A DNA stretch of 64,000 bases from Actinomycetes bacterium (GTDB lineage: Bacteria > Actinomycetota > Actinomycetes > Prado026), in assembly GCA_038252405.1 (NCBI GenBank), contig JBBSAJ010000009.1, positions 3,670 to 67,669 of the forward strand, read 5' to 3'. Made by a program: the position numbers and the translations under genes. A model generated the notes under the pieces. It had not been told where the DNA came from, ran no database searches, and saw only the letters and a list, made by a program, of their open reading frames with translations. This document shows, piece by piece, positions 17,842-27,214 of the stretch. Each line of letters opens with the position of its first letter. Positions within the stretch are counted from its first letter, which is position 1.

Positions 17842-18996
17842 ATGCCGACAGCGAGCGCACGCACCGGAGACCAGGTCGTTCTCGACGTGAGTGGCCTTCA
17901 GTCGCTGATCGACATCCTGCTCGCCGACGGCCGGACCGTGGTCGGCCCCACCGTGCGCGACGGCGCCGTCACCTATGCCGCGATCGAGAGCATCGAGGCG
18001 CTGCCGCGTGGGGTCGGCGACGAGCAGGACGCCGGCCACTACCGGCTGCGCGAGCGGGGCGACGGCGCCCTGTTCGGCTACGCCAGCGGCGCCCAGTCGT
18101 TCAAGCCCTGGCTGTTCCCGGCCCGGCAGCTGCTCTGGAGCGGGCAGCGCACGGCCGACGGCTTCACCATCGAACCCGCTGACACGACGCCACCGCGGCT
18201 GGCCCTGCTCGGGGTCCGCGGCTGCGACCTGCGGGCGATCGCCGTCCACGACCGGGTGCTCGGCTCGGCCGACCGGCCGGCCGCCGACGCCCACTACACG
18301 GCGGCCCGCGCAGACCTGCTGGTCGTCGCGGTGGCCTGCGCCGAGCCCTCCGGCACCTGCTTCTGCGCGTCGATGGGCACCGGTCCGCACCCCGGCGAGG
18401 GCGCCGACCTCGTGCTCACCGAGCTGGACGTCGGAACCGACCACCGCTTCCTCGTCGAGGTGGTCACCGAGCGCGGTGCCGCCGTCCTGGCCGCCGGTGT
18501 CCCTGTGCGGGGGGCCACCGACGGCGACCGCAGTGCGGCCGCGGCCGTCGTGGCCGACGCCACCGACCGGATGGGCCGCCAGCTTGACACCGACGGCCTG
18601 CGCGACCTGCTCTACGACCAGGCCGAGTCCCGGCAATGGGACGAGGTCGCGAGCCGTTGCCTGTCCTGCACCAACTGCACGCTGGTCTGCCCGACCTGCT
18701 TCTGCACGAGCGTGCGCGACGTCTCGGACCTGTCCGGCGAGAAGGCTGAGCGGTGGCGGGTCTGGGACTCCTGCTTCACCGGGGGCTTCTCCTACATCCA
18801 CGGCGGCAGCGTGCGCGAGACGCCGCGCGCCCGGTACCGGCAGTGGATGACCCACAAGCTGGGCGCCTGGCAGGACCAGTTCGGCTCGTCCGGGTGCGTG
18901 GGCTGCGGCCGCTGCATCGCCTGGTGCCCGGCCGCCATCGACATCACTGCGGAGGCCGCGGTCCTGCGGTCGGCCGCGCAGCCACGGGAGGGCTGA
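17842..18996 (+). CDS. hyhB: group 3b [NiFe]-hydrogenase beta subunit (AsrA-like iron-sulfur protein, two 4Fe-4S clusters)
   Basis: ATG 17842 follows GGAGGGCGAGGAGAG. Cys clusters CLSCTNCTLVCPTCFC and CVGCGRCIAWCP are present. Confidence 0.75.
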   Translation: MPTASARTGDQVVLDVSGLQSLIDILLADGRTVVGPTVRDGAVTYAAIESIEALPRGVGDEQDAGHYRLRERGDGALFGYASGAQSFKPWLFPARQLLWSGQRTADGFTIEPADTTPPRLALLGVRGCDLRAIAVHDRVLGSADRPAADAHYTAARADLLVVAVACAEPSGTCFCASMGTGPHPGEGADLVLTELDVGTDHRFLVEVVTERGAAVLAAGVPVRGATDGDRSAAAAVVADATDRMGRQLDTDGLRDLLYDQAESRQWDEVASRCLSCTNCTLVCPTCFCTSVRDVSDLSGEKAERWRVWDSCFTGGFSYIHGGSVRETPRARYRQWMTHKLGAWQDQFGSSGCVGCGRCIAWCPAAIDITAEAAVLRSAAQPREG

Positions 18997-18998
18997 CC

Positions 18999-19472
18999 AT
19001 GCGCACCATCGAGCAGCTGCTGCCCGACCACCCGTTCTTCACCGGGCTGGAGGAGCCGGAGCTCCGGCTGGTCTCCGGGTGCGCGACCAACGTGCACTTT
19101 CACCCCGGCGAGTTCCTGTTCAAGCAGGGCGGGTCCGCCGAGAGGTTCTTCATCGTGCGGCACGGGTCGGTCGCCATCGAGGTGCACAGTGCCGAGCGCG
19201 GCACTGTCGTCATCGACACCGTGGGGGACGGCGAGGTCATCGGCTTCTCCTGGCTGGTACCCCCGTACCGCTACGTGTTCGACGGCCGCGCGGTGGTGGA
19301 GACGAGCGCGGTCGCGTTCGACGGCACCTGCCTGCGCGGCAAGTGCGAGGACGACCCCCGGCTCGGCTACGCGCTCATGCAGCGGGTGTCCTCGGTGATG
19401 TACGAGCGCATGCAGGCCGCCCGGGTCCGGATGCTCGACATGTACGGGTCCCCCCGTGACCGCGCCCACTGA
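18999..19472 (+). CDS. cyclic nucleotide-binding domain protein (no DNA-binding domain) embedded in the hydrogenase operon
   Basis: 158 aa with a cNMP-binding fold (GEFLFKQGGSAERFFIVRHGSVAI). ATG 18999 follows GGGAGG. Confidence 0.65.
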   Translation: MRTIEQLLPDHPFFTGLEEPELRLVSGCATNVHFHPGEFLFKQGGSAERFFIVRHGSVAIEVHSAERGTVVIDTVGDGEVIGFSWLVPPYRYVFDGRAVVETSAVAFDGTCLRGKCEDDPRLGYALMQRVSSVMYERMQAARVRMLDMYGSPRDRAH

Positions 19473-20316
19473 CACCGCCGTCCAGCGGTCGGCCGGCCCG
19501 GCGCCGGACGCGATGGTGCCGCGGCCGTTCCGGGTGGTCGGCAACCGCCAGGACACCCGCGACACGGTCACCTTGACCCTCGAGCCGGTCGGTGGACGGC
19601 GGCTGGGCCACGAGCCCGGCCAGTTCACCATGCTCTCCGCGTTCGGGGTCGGCGAGGTGCCCATCTCGATCAGCAGTCCGGTGAGCGGGCCGCTGGAACA
19701 CACCGTGCGCGACGTCGGCGGGGTCACCCACACCCTGGTCCAGGCCCGCGAGGGCAGCATGCTCGGCGTCCGCGGCCCGTTCGGCACCGGCTGGCGGGCC
19801 GGCGACGGCAGGGGTGGCGACGTCGTGTTCGTGGCCGGCGGGATCGGGCTGGCCCCGCTGCGGCCGGCCGTGCTCGAGGTGCTCGCCGACCGCGACGCCT
19901 ACGGCCGGGTGGTGCTGCTCTACGGCACCCGTACCCCGGATGAGGTGCTGTACGGCCGCGAGCTCGAGCAGTGGCAGCAGCACGGGGTCGACGTCGAGGT
20001 GATCGTCGACTACGGGCCGCCGTCCTGGCACGGTCGGGTCGGCCTGGTCACCAAGCTGGTGCCCCGCGGCGGCTTCGACCCGGAGCGCACGCTGGCGCTG
20101 GTCTGCGGGCCCGAGGTCATGATGCGGTTCGTCGCCATCGCGCTCACCGACCGCGGGGTCGCAGCCGGTCGGATCCGGCTGTCCATGGAGCGCAGCATGG
20201 TCTGCGGCATCGGGCTGTGCGGGCACTGCCAGCTGCGCGAGCTGTTCGTCTGCGCCGACGGGCCGGTCTTCGACTACGACCGGCTGGTCCCGCTGCTCGA
20301 CCTGCGGGAGGTGTGA
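19456..20316 (+). CDS. hyhG: group 3b [NiFe]-hydrogenase gamma subunit (FAD/NAD(P)-binding, AsrB-like, C-terminal 2Fe-2S)
   Basis: GTG start overlaps the previous gene. Ferredoxin-reductase-type FAD/NAD fold with C-terminal CGIGLCGHC. Confidence 0.75.
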   Translation: MTAPTDTAVQRSAGPAPDAMVPRPFRVVGNRQDTRDTVTLTLEPVGGRRLGHEPGQFTMLSAFGVGEVPISISSPVSGPLEHTVRDVGGVTHTLVQAREGSMLGVRGPFGTGWRAGDGRGGDVVFVAGGIGLAPLRPAVLEVLADRDAYGRVVLLYGTRTPDEVLYGRELEQWQQHGVDVEVIVDYGPPSWHGRVGLVTKLVPRGGFDPERTLALVCGPEVMMRFVAIALTDRGVAAGRIRLSMERSMVCGIGLCGHCQLRELFVCADGPVFDYDRLVPLLDLREV

Positions 20317-20317
20317 C

Positions 20318-21160
20318 ATGACAACCACCGCCGGCACCGGTTACAGCGGCTACGCCGGGCCCACCGACCACCGACCCACCCTGGCGGTCTGGAAGTTCGC
20401 CTCGTGCGACGGCTGCCAGCTGTCGGTGCTGGACTGCGAGGACGAGCTGCTCGCCATCGCCGACGCCGTGCACATCGCCTACTTCCCTGAGGCCACCCGG
20501 GCGGTGGTCGCCGGGCCGTACGACCTGTCCCTCGTCGAGGGGTCGATCACCACGGTCGGGGACGCCGAGCGGATCCAGGAGATCCGCAAGGTCTCCAGGA
20601 CGCTCATCACCATCGGGGCCTGCGCCACCAGCGGCGGCATCCAGGCGCTGCGCAACTTCGCCGATGTCGAGCAGTACCGCTCGATCGTGTACGCGCACCC
20701 GTCCTACATCTCCACCCTGGAGCGGTCCACCCCGATCGTCGACCACGTCCAGGTGGACGCCGAGCTGCGCGGCTGCCCGGTCGACAAGGGCCAGCTGCTC
20801 GAGCTGCTGGCCGCCTTCCTGCAGGACCGGCCGGCCCGGCTGGTCACCGACAGCGTGTGCACCGAGTGCAAGCGCCGCGGCGCCGTCTGCGTGGCAGTGG
20901 CCCACGGCACGCCCTGCCTCGGCCCGGTCACCCACGGTGGGTGCGGGGCGCTGTGCCCGGCCTTCAACCGGGGCTGCTTCGGCTGCTTCGGTCCGGTGCG
21001 CTCGGCCAACACGGCCTCGCTCGCCGACCGGCTGGTCGACCTGGGCATGCCCCAGCGGGACGTCGTCCGGTTCTTCCGCACCTTCAACGCCGGGGCCGAG
21101 GCCTTCAAGGACGAGAGCACCAGGCACGAGCAGCGCGAGGCGGAGGGGATCAGGCCGTGA
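20318..21160 (+). CDS. hyhS: group 3b [NiFe]-hydrogenase small (delta) subunit
   Basis: Cys ligands for the proximal, medial and distal clusters. RBS GGGAGG precedes ATG 20318. Confidence 0.75.
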   Translation: MTTTAGTGYSGYAGPTDHRPTLAVWKFASCDGCQLSVLDCEDELLAIADAVHIAYFPEATRAVVAGPYDLSLVEGSITTVGDAERIQEIRKVSRTLITIGACATSGGIQALRNFADVEQYRSIVYAHPSYISTLERSTPIVDHVQVDAELRGCPVDKGQLLELLAAFLQDRPARLVTDSVCTECKRRGAVCVAVAHGTPCLGPVTHGGCGALCPAFNRGCFGCFGPVRSANTASLADRLVDLGMPQRDVVRFFRTFNAGAEAFKDESTRHEQREAEGIRP

Positions 21161-22464
21161 CGCACAAGCTGACCGGCGACGGCCGGGTGCTGTCCGTCGA
21201 CACGCTGGCCCGGGTCGAGGGTGAGGGCGCGATGCACGTGCAGGTGCACGGCGGTGAGGTGACCGACGTCCAGCTGCAGATCTTCGAGCCGCCGCGGTTC
21301 TTCGAGGCGTTCCTGCGCGGCCGGGCGTACACCGAGCCCCCGGACATCACCGCGCGCATCTGCGGGATCTGCCCGGTGGCCTACCAGATGTCCGCCTGCA
21401 ACGCGATCGAGCAGGCCTGCGGGGTGGTCGTCCCCGAGGAGATCCGCCAGCTGCGCCGGCTGCTGTACTGCGGTGAGTGGATCGAGAGCCACGCCCTGCA
21501 CGTGTACCTGCTGCACGCCCCCGACTTCCTCGGCTACCCGGGTGTCGTGGAGATGGCCCGCGACTACCGTGAGCTGGTCGAGCAGGGGCTGCGGCTGAAG
21601 AAGGCCGGCAACCAGCTGCTCGAGCTGATCGGCGGCCGGGCGATCCACCCGGTGAACGTGAAGATCGGGGGCTTCTACCGGCTGCCCACGCCGGCCGAGC
21701 TGCGCGACTTCCGCCCCGTCCTCGAGCAGGCGCTGGCCGACTCGATCGCGACCGTCCAGGCGGTGGCCGGGTTCGAGACACCGGACTTCGAGCAGCCGTA
21801 CACCTATCTGTCACTGCGCCGCGAGGACGGCTACCCGCTGGAGTCCGGCTCGGTCGTCACGAGCACGGGGCTCGCGTTCCCGGTCGAGCGGTTCGACGAG
21901 CACGTGGCCGAGCAGCACGTCGAGCACTCGAACGCGCTGCACGCCTGGCTGCGCGGCTCCGGCCCGTACGTCGTCGGCCCGCTGGCCCGGTACTCGCTCA
22001 ACCACGACGTGCTCACCGACGTGGCCAAGGAGGCCGCGGCGGCGGCCGGGCTCGGCGACACCTGCCGCAACCCGTTCCGGTCCATCGTGGTGCGGGCCGT
22101 CGAGCTGGTGGAGGCCTGCCAGGTCGCGCTGCAGGTCGTGGACAGCTGGCGGGGCGCGCCGGCCGCGGCGGTGCCGGTCGAGCCGCGGGCGGGGGTCGGC
22201 TACGGCGGCACCGAGGCGCCGCGCGGGCTGCTCATCCACCGCTACCGGCTGGCCGAGGACGGCACCATCGAGGACGCCGTCATCATCCCGCCGACGTCAC
22301 AGAACCAGCCGAGCATCGAGGCGGACCTGCGCGGCTTCGTGCAGGACCGGCTGGACCTGCCCGACGACGAGCTGACCCGCCAGTGCGAGCAGGCCATCCG
22401 CAACTACGACCCCTGCATCTCCTGTGCGACCCACTTCCTCGACCTGCACGTGGACCGCGCATGA
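21157..22464 (+). CDS. hyhL: group 3b [NiFe]-hydrogenase large (alpha) subunit
   Basis: N-terminal L1 motif RICGICP and C-terminal L2 motif [13 protein letters not shown] overlap with the small-subunit gene. Confidence 0.8.
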   Translation: MTHKLTGDGRVLSVDTLARVEGEGAMHVQVHGGEVTDVQLQIFEPPRFFEAFLRGRAYTEPPDITARICGICPVAYQMSACNAIEQACGVVVPEEIRQLRRLLYCGEWIESHALHVYLLHAPDFLGYPGVVEMARDYRELVEQGLRLKKAGNQLLELIGGRAIHPVNVKIGGFYRLPTPAELRDFRPVLEQALADSIATVQAVAGFETPDFEQPYTYLSLRREDGYPLESGSVVTSTGLAFPVERFDEHVAEQHVEHSNALHAWLRGSGPYVVGPLARYSLNHDVLTDVAKEAAAAAGLGDTCRNPFRSIVVRAVELVEACQVALQVVDSWRGAPAAAVPVEPRAGVGYGGTEAPRGLLIHRYRLAEDGTIEDAVIIPPTSQNQPSIEADLRGFVQDRLDLPDDELTRQCEQAIRNYDPCISCATHFLDLHVDRA

Positions 22465-22934
22465 CCCTCGTCATCGGTGTCGGCAACCCCGACCGCGGCG
22501 ACGACGGCGTCGGCCCGGCGGTGGCGGCCCGGGTGGCTGCGCTGGGGCTGTCCGGCGTCCGGGTGGCGCCGACCGTCGACCCGGCTCGGCTGATCGACGC
22601 GTGGGACGGCGAGTCGGACGTGGTCGTCGTCGACGCCGTCCGGGTGGGCCTCGGCGACGGCCCCCGCGTGGTCTCGCTGCGGGTCGACGAGCAGCCGCTG
22701 CCGGGCTGGGCCGCCTGCGGAGGCACCCACGCGTTCAGCGTGGCCTCGGCGATCGAGCTGTCCAGGGCACTGGGCCGGCTGCCCGAGCACCTCGTGGTCG
22801 TCGGGGTGGCCGGCTGCGACTTCAGCACCGGCCACGGGCTGTCGTCGGACGTGCGGGGCCGGATGGATGCCGCCATCGAGTCCGTACGGGCCGCCGTCCA
22901 CGGGGCCCACCCGACCCAGGGCGGGCCGGGCTGA
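22461..22934 (+). CDS. hydrogenase maturation endopeptidase (HyaD/HoxW family)
   Basis: ATGA overlap, and the N-terminal motif LVIGVGNPDRGDDGVG. Confidence 0.75.
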   Translation: MTLVIGVGNPDRGDDGVGPAVAARVAALGLSGVRVAPTVDPARLIDAWDGESDVVVVDAVRVGLGDGPRVVSLRVDEQPLPGWAACGGTHAFSVASAIELSRALGRLPEHLVVVGVAGCDFSTGHGLSSDVRGRMDAAIESVRAAVHGAHPTQGGPG

Positions 22935-23164
22935 TGTGCCTGGGCCGGATGTGCCGCGTCGTCGAGGTGCCCGGCGACGGGACGGTGGTCGTCGACGACG
23001 CCGGCCGGTCGCACCGGGTCGCCGCGGTGGCGCTGGCCCAGCCGCCCGTGGTGGGGGAGTGGCTGCTGGTCTACGCCGGGATCGCCCTCGAGCGGCTCGG
23101 CGAGCAGGAGGTGCGCGACACGCTCGCGCTGCGGAACGGCGAACGAGGAGAGGGACCGACATGA
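22934..23164 (+). CDS. hypC: HypC/HupF-family hydrogenase assembly chaperone
   Basis: 76 aa starting MCLG. ATGA overlap with the protease stop. Confidence 0.6.
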   Translation: MCLGRMCRVVEVPGDGTVVVDDAGRSHRVAAVALAQPPVVGEWLLVYAGIALERLGEQEVRDTLALRNGERGEGPT

Positions 23165-24078
23165 CGCGTCGAGCCGGGGTCGTCCTGGCGCTGGTCGCCG
23201 CCGCAGTCAGCGGCGTGGCGGTGTTCATCAACGCCTACGGGGTCAAGGCCGTGGGCGATGCCACCGTCTACACCACCGCCAAGAACCTGGTGGCGGCACT
23301 GCTGCTGGGCGCGGTCTTCGCCGTGTCGGTCGGCCGGCGTGAGCCGTCGGCTCGGCGGGCGCCGCGGACACCGCTGACCCGTGCGCAGCTGGCCGGGCTG
23401 GTTGCCATGGGCATCGGCGGCAGCGTGCCGTTCGTGCTGTTCTTCGAGGGGCTGCTGCGTGCGTCGTCGGTGCACGCCGCGTTCCTGCACAAGACGCTCG
23501 TGCTGTGGGTGGCCCTGCTCGCCGTGCCGCTGCTGAGGGAGCGGCTGACCTGGGCGCACGGGGTCGCGATCGGGCTGCTGCTGGTCGGGCAGACCGTGCT
23601 CGTGGGCGGCGTCGCCGAGTCGTTCGGCCCCGGCGAGGCGATGATCCTCGCGGCGACCATGCTCTGGGCCCTGGAGACCGTGCTGGCCAAGTGGCTGCTC
23701 GGCGGGCTGTCCTCGTGGACCGTCGGCGTGACCCGGATGGGCCTGGGCTCGCTCGTCCTGCTCGCCTGGGTCGGGGTGACCGGCCGGTTGGGCGCCCTGG
23801 TCGCCCTGGACGCCGCCCAGTGGGGCTGGGTGCTGCTCACGGGGGCAGTGCTGGCCACCTACGTCGGGCTGTGGCTGGCCGCGCTGGCCCGGGCGCAGGC
23901 CGTCGACGTGACCGCCGTCCTGGTGCTGGCCGCCGTCATCACCGCCGTCCTCGCGGCGCTGGTCAACGGGACGACGTTGCAGCCGGTCGGGCTGCTGCTC
24001 GTGCTGGCCGGTGGCGCGCTGGCCGCCGCCCGGCTGCGCCCGGCCGCCGGCGTCGCGGTCGACACGGCTGGGGCCTGA
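23161..24078 (+). CDS. DMT superfamily (EamA-like) transporter, 10 transmembrane segments
   Basis: ATGA overlap with hypC. Polytopic membrane protein. Confidence 0.6.
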   Translation: MTRRAGVVLALVAAAVSGVAVFINAYGVKAVGDATVYTTAKNLVAALLLGAVFAVSVGRREPSARRAPRTPLTRAQLAGLVAMGIGGSVPFVLFFEGLLRASSVHAAFLHKTLVLWVALLAVPLLRERLTWAHGVAIGLLLVGQTVLVGGVAESFGPGEAMILAATMLWALETVLAKWLLGGLSSWTVGVTRMGLGSLVLLAWVGVTGRLGALVALDAAQWGWVLLTGAVLATYVGLWLAALARAQAVDVTAVLVLAAVITAVLAALVNGTTLQPVGLLLVLAGGALAAARLRPAAGVAVDTAGA

Positions 24079-24084
24079 GCGGCC

Positions 24085-24849
24085 ATGGAGTCCGGCCCGC
24101 TGCTGTTCGCGCGTTTCGCCTACCCGCCGAACGCACTGGGCTACTGCGGTCCGGACGGCTCCGGCGAGCTGCTCGAGCGGACGGCGTCCGCGGACGGCGG
24201 CCAGGACATGCGCCGGCTGGCCCGCGGGTTCGAGGGCGCCTGGCCGTACCTGGAGCTGATCGCGCACGAGAACGGTCTGGGCGACCCACTCGACCCGCGC
24301 GTGGTGGAGGCGTACTGGATCGGCAACGGGCTGCTGGACCGGGTCCGCGGCCCGGCCTTCCGCGGCTCGCTCGAGGACCGGTTCCGGCCACGGGTGGGGC
24401 GTGCGGTGGGCCACGTGCTGGACCCGGTGGCCGGCGGCGGCGTGCCGCACCACGCGTTCCACGTGTTCGGGGTGTTCCCCTGGGTCGGGCTGCTGCGCGG
24501 CGGTGTTGTCGACGAGCCGCTGCGGGTGCTCGACCGGTGCCGGATCCGGTGGGCCCGGGTCGACGCGGTCGTCGGTGACCGCGCGGTGGTCCGGTCCCGG
24601 CCGCTGGAGTGGCGCGACGGGCGGCTGCTGCTCGGCGCGCCCGCGGTGGAGGAGGTCACGGTGGCCGAGGCGGGCCGCTCCCTGGCCGCGGGGCTGGCGC
24701 CCGGGGACCTGGTGGCCTGCCACTGGGACTGGGTGTGCACCCGGATCACCGTGGCCCAGGCCACCCAGCTGCGCCATCGGACCGCCCAGGTTCTCGCCGC
24801 CGTCCAGCCGGTCAGGGTGACGACGGCGTATACATCGTCGTCACCCTGA
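24085..24849 (+). CDS. conserved hypothetical protein (MESGPLLFARFAYPPNALGYCGPD...), a type I recall as associated with hydrogenase clusters in Actinobacteria
   Basis: 254-aa ORF. Its last codons and TGA stop lie inside palindrome P1. Confidence 0.4.
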   Translation: MESGPLLFARFAYPPNALGYCGPDGSGELLERTASADGGQDMRRLARGFEGAWPYLELIAHENGLGDPLDPRVVEAYWIGNGLLDRVRGPAFRGSLEDRFRPRVGRAVGHVLDPVAGGGVPHHAFHVFGVFPWVGLLRGGVVDEPLRVLDRCRIRWARVDAVVGDRAVVRSRPLEWRDGRLLLGAPAVEEVTVAEAGRSLAAGLAPGDLVACHWDWVCTRITVAQATQLRHRTAQVLAAVQPVRVTTAYTSSSP

Positions 24850-24850
24850 C
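24811..24850. terminator. Palindromic hairpin P1 (GTCAGGGTGACGACG-loop10-CGTCGTCACCCTGAC); bidirectional terminator that contains the stop codons of both convergent genes
   Basis: 15-bp perfect stem. The TGA of the + gene lies at 24847-24849 and the TCA (TGA on the minus strand) of the - gene at 24841-24843, both inside the stem. Confidence 0.6.
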
Positions 24851-26052
24851 AGGCTGCTGTCGAAGAACGCGGTGACCCGCGCGGTCCACGCGTCCCGGTG
24901 CTGGGCCAGGCCCGCGGTGTGCGGGGTGTCCGGCAGCTCCCACAGGCTCACGGTCGACGGCGCCACCGCCTGCAGCGCCCGGGCCGCCGAGACCTCTCCC
25001 TCACCCGCGATCAGCAGCAGCGGCCGGGGGGCCACGGCGGCGACGGCCTCCCGCTGGGGCAGCGGGGTCGGCGCCCGGGTGAGCAGCCGGGCGGTCGCGA
25101 AGCTGATCACGTCGACGGCCCGCTCGGTGAGCCCCTCCAGCCGATGTGGCCGCTGCGAGGTGTCGGCGGGCAGCTTCGGCTGCACCCCCTCCGCGACGAC
25201 GGCGCGGATCCGGGAGTCGGTCGCGGCGGCGTTGATCGCCTGCTCGCCGCCCATGGACAGCCCCAGGACGCCGATCCGGCCGGGCTCGACGTCCGGCCTG
25301 GACTCCAGGTAGGAGACGGCCGCGGCCACGTCGAGGTCGCCCCACCAGCCGAAGTCCATGCCCGCCCCGCCGCTGCGCCCGTGCCCGCGGTCGTCGTAGA
25401 GCAGCACGCCGTAGCCGTGCCCGGCGAGCACGGCGGCCTGGTCGAGGACGCCGGAGCGGGTGGAGCCCGACCCGTGCAGCACGGCGACGGCGGCACCGTT
25501 CGTGGAGGGGATGTACCAGCCGGACAGCGGCACCCCGTCGGCGGTCGTGAAGGAGGCCTCGGCGAAGGGCAGGTCGAGATAGGCCGGGGTTCGGTTGCCT
25601 ACGTCGGTCGGTGCCGGGTTGGTCCCGGCGACCGCCGGCGTCACCGGGACGAGCACGAACTGGAACAGCAGGAACGCGACGGGTAGTGCGGCCAGCCGCC
25701 ACCAGCCGGGCAGCAGCCGGGTCAGCCGCCACCCGCCGATCCCGAGGAGCACCAGCCCGCTGGCCAGTGCCGCGAGCCCGGCCGCCGAGCTGAGGACCAG
25801 CCCGGCCTTGGCCAGGTGCACGGCCCCGATCCCGACACCGGCCACTGCGCCGAGCACGCCCAGGGCGAGGGCGACCGCTCCGACGACGGCGTCACCGGCC
25901 CGGCGGACCAGCAGGACGACGCCGAGCGTGAGCAGCCCCACCACGGCCAACCGCAGGGCCAGCCAGGCCCAGCTGCCCTGACGACCGACGAGCACGGCCA
26001 GGCTCACACCCAGCACCTCGCTGGCTCCCTGCACCCACCCGCGGACCGTCAC
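24841..26052 (-). CDS. membrane-anchored alpha/beta hydrolase (dienelactone hydrolase/peptidase S9-like)
   Basis: N-terminal transmembrane helices plus the nucleophile elbow GLSMGG. Confidence 0.65.
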   Translation of the reverse strand: MTVRGWVQGASEVLGVSLAVLVGRQGSWAWLALRLAVVGLLTLGVVLLVRRAGDAVVGAVALALGVLGAVAGVGIGAVHLAKAGLVLSSAAGLAALASGLVLLGIGGWRLTRLLPGWWRLAALPVAFLLFQFVLVPVTPAVAGTNPAPTDVGNRTPAYLDLPFAEASFTTADGVPLSGWYIPSTNGAAVAVLHGSGSTRSGVLDQAAVLAGHGYGVLLYDDRGHGRSGGAGMDFGWWGDLDVAAAVSYLESRPDVEPGRIGVLGLSMGGEQAINAAATDSRIRAVVAEGVQPKLPADTSQRPHRLEGLTERAVDVISFATARLLTRAPTPLPQREAVAAVAPRPLLLIAGEGEVSAARALQAVAPSTVSLWELPDTPHTAGLAQHRDAWTARVTAFFDSSLSG

Positions 26053-26143
26053 CCCAGGCTCGCCGTCCCTTCGCGCCCGGCGGGCCGGACGCCGCGTGCG
26101 GCCAGCCTGCCAGCCCGGACGACGTAGCGGCGAGGGTCCAAGG

Positions 26144-26686
26144 TCATGGGGCCAGCCGGCGGTACCCGATGGTCACGTCGTGCACGTGGTGGGCGGGGTC
26201 GTGCAGCAGGTACCGGGCGAACGACTCGACCGTGAAGTACGCGCCGTCGCTGCGGCGACCGGTCCGCTGCCACGCGGCTCCGGTCACCTGGGCCAGCCGG
26301 GCGGCCAGCGCCGTGGCAGCGGCGGTGAGCTCGGCGGCGACGGTGGCCGGGTCCTGGCGGGCGTAGTCGTCCTCGACGGCGGTGGCGTCCTGGTCCCAGT
26401 TGGCGAGCAGCGGGTCGCCCTCGGCCAGCATCCGGGCCAGCCGATGGTCGAACAGCCGGTACACGTCGCGCACGTGACAGGCGTACTCCAGCCCGGACCA
26501 CACGTCCGGGGCCGGCCGCCGGCGGGCCCGGTCGGTGTCGGCCAGCAGGTCCGGCCACGCCTCGGCGGTCTGCCGCAGGGCGCCGACCAGCCGCTTCCGG
26601 GGGACCGCGCCGACGTCCGCGCCACACTCGGGGCAGGGCCGGTCCAGCACCCAGGTCCAGTCCTTGGTGTCGGGAGTGACCGCCAT
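26144..26686 (-). CDS. DinB/YfiT-like (mycothiol maleylpyruvate isomerase N-terminal domain) protein
   Basis: 180 aa. CPECG motif and a DinB_2-like histidine pattern. Confidence 0.5.
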   Translation of the reverse strand: MAVTPDTKDWTWVLDRPCPECGADVGAVPRKRLVGALRQTAEAWPDLLADTDRARRRPAPDVWSGLEYACHVRDVYRLFDHRLARMLAEGDPLLANWDQDATAVEDDYARQDPATVAAELTAAATALAARLAQVTGAAWQRTGRRSDGAYFTVESFARYLLHDPAHHVHDVTIGYRRLAP

Positions 26687-26710
26687 GGCCCGCGACCCTA
26701 GCGCTGTCCG

Positions 26711-27006
26711 TTGCTCGGCCCCGCCCCGGGAGCCGGCTGGCTAGGGTGGCCCGCGGACGACGTCGACCTTGACTTCCCCGCCGTCGTGGGCTCCCGCGAG
26801 CGGCTCTGGTCGGTCTACGGGGCGGTCTGGGGCTGGCCGCCCGAGACCGTGACCCTGGAGCAGGACCGCGCGGACCTGGCCCACCATGAGGCCGAGATCG
26901 CCGCTCGGCAGTCGTCAACTACGCGCTGTTCGACGCCGCCGAGACCGTCCTGCTGGGCTGCGTGTACCTCGACCTGGTCGGCTCCGACGTCGATCTGTCA
27001 GGGTGA
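26711..27006 (+). pseudogene. GNAT-like acetyltransferase disrupted by a 1-nt deletion (frameshift near 26905-26915); the stop lies inside palindrome P2
   Basis: Frame A reads ...DLDFPAVVGSRERLW...WGWPPETVTLEQDRADLAHHEAEIAARQS. The +2 frame continues VNYALFDAAETVLLGCVYLDLVGSDVDLSG*. Inserting one T (TCGTCA to TCGTTCA) restores RQSFNYALFD. The only upstream start is TTG. Confidence 0.45.
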
Positions 27007-27037
27007 CGACGGTCCATAGGTCGTCGTCACCCTGACA
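26996..27037. repeat. Palindromic hairpin P2 (TGTCAGGGTGACGACG-loop9-TCGTCGTCACCCTGACA)
   Basis: Same stem sequence as P1. It is flanked by the short inverted sequences CGATC and GGTCGATG. Confidence 0.6.
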
Positions 27038-27214
27038 GGTCGATGGGCGTTGCGCTGGTGGCTCGGGGTCGGCGAATGAGGCACAGTAGGAACCGGACAA
27101 ATACCCCATCGCCCGCTGGGCCGCGCACGCACCAGGAGCCCCGTCATCGCCACCGCCGCCCCGGCCCGGGACAGGGTCCCCGAGCCGGGGACGGCGACGC
27201 GTGGGCTGCGCCGG

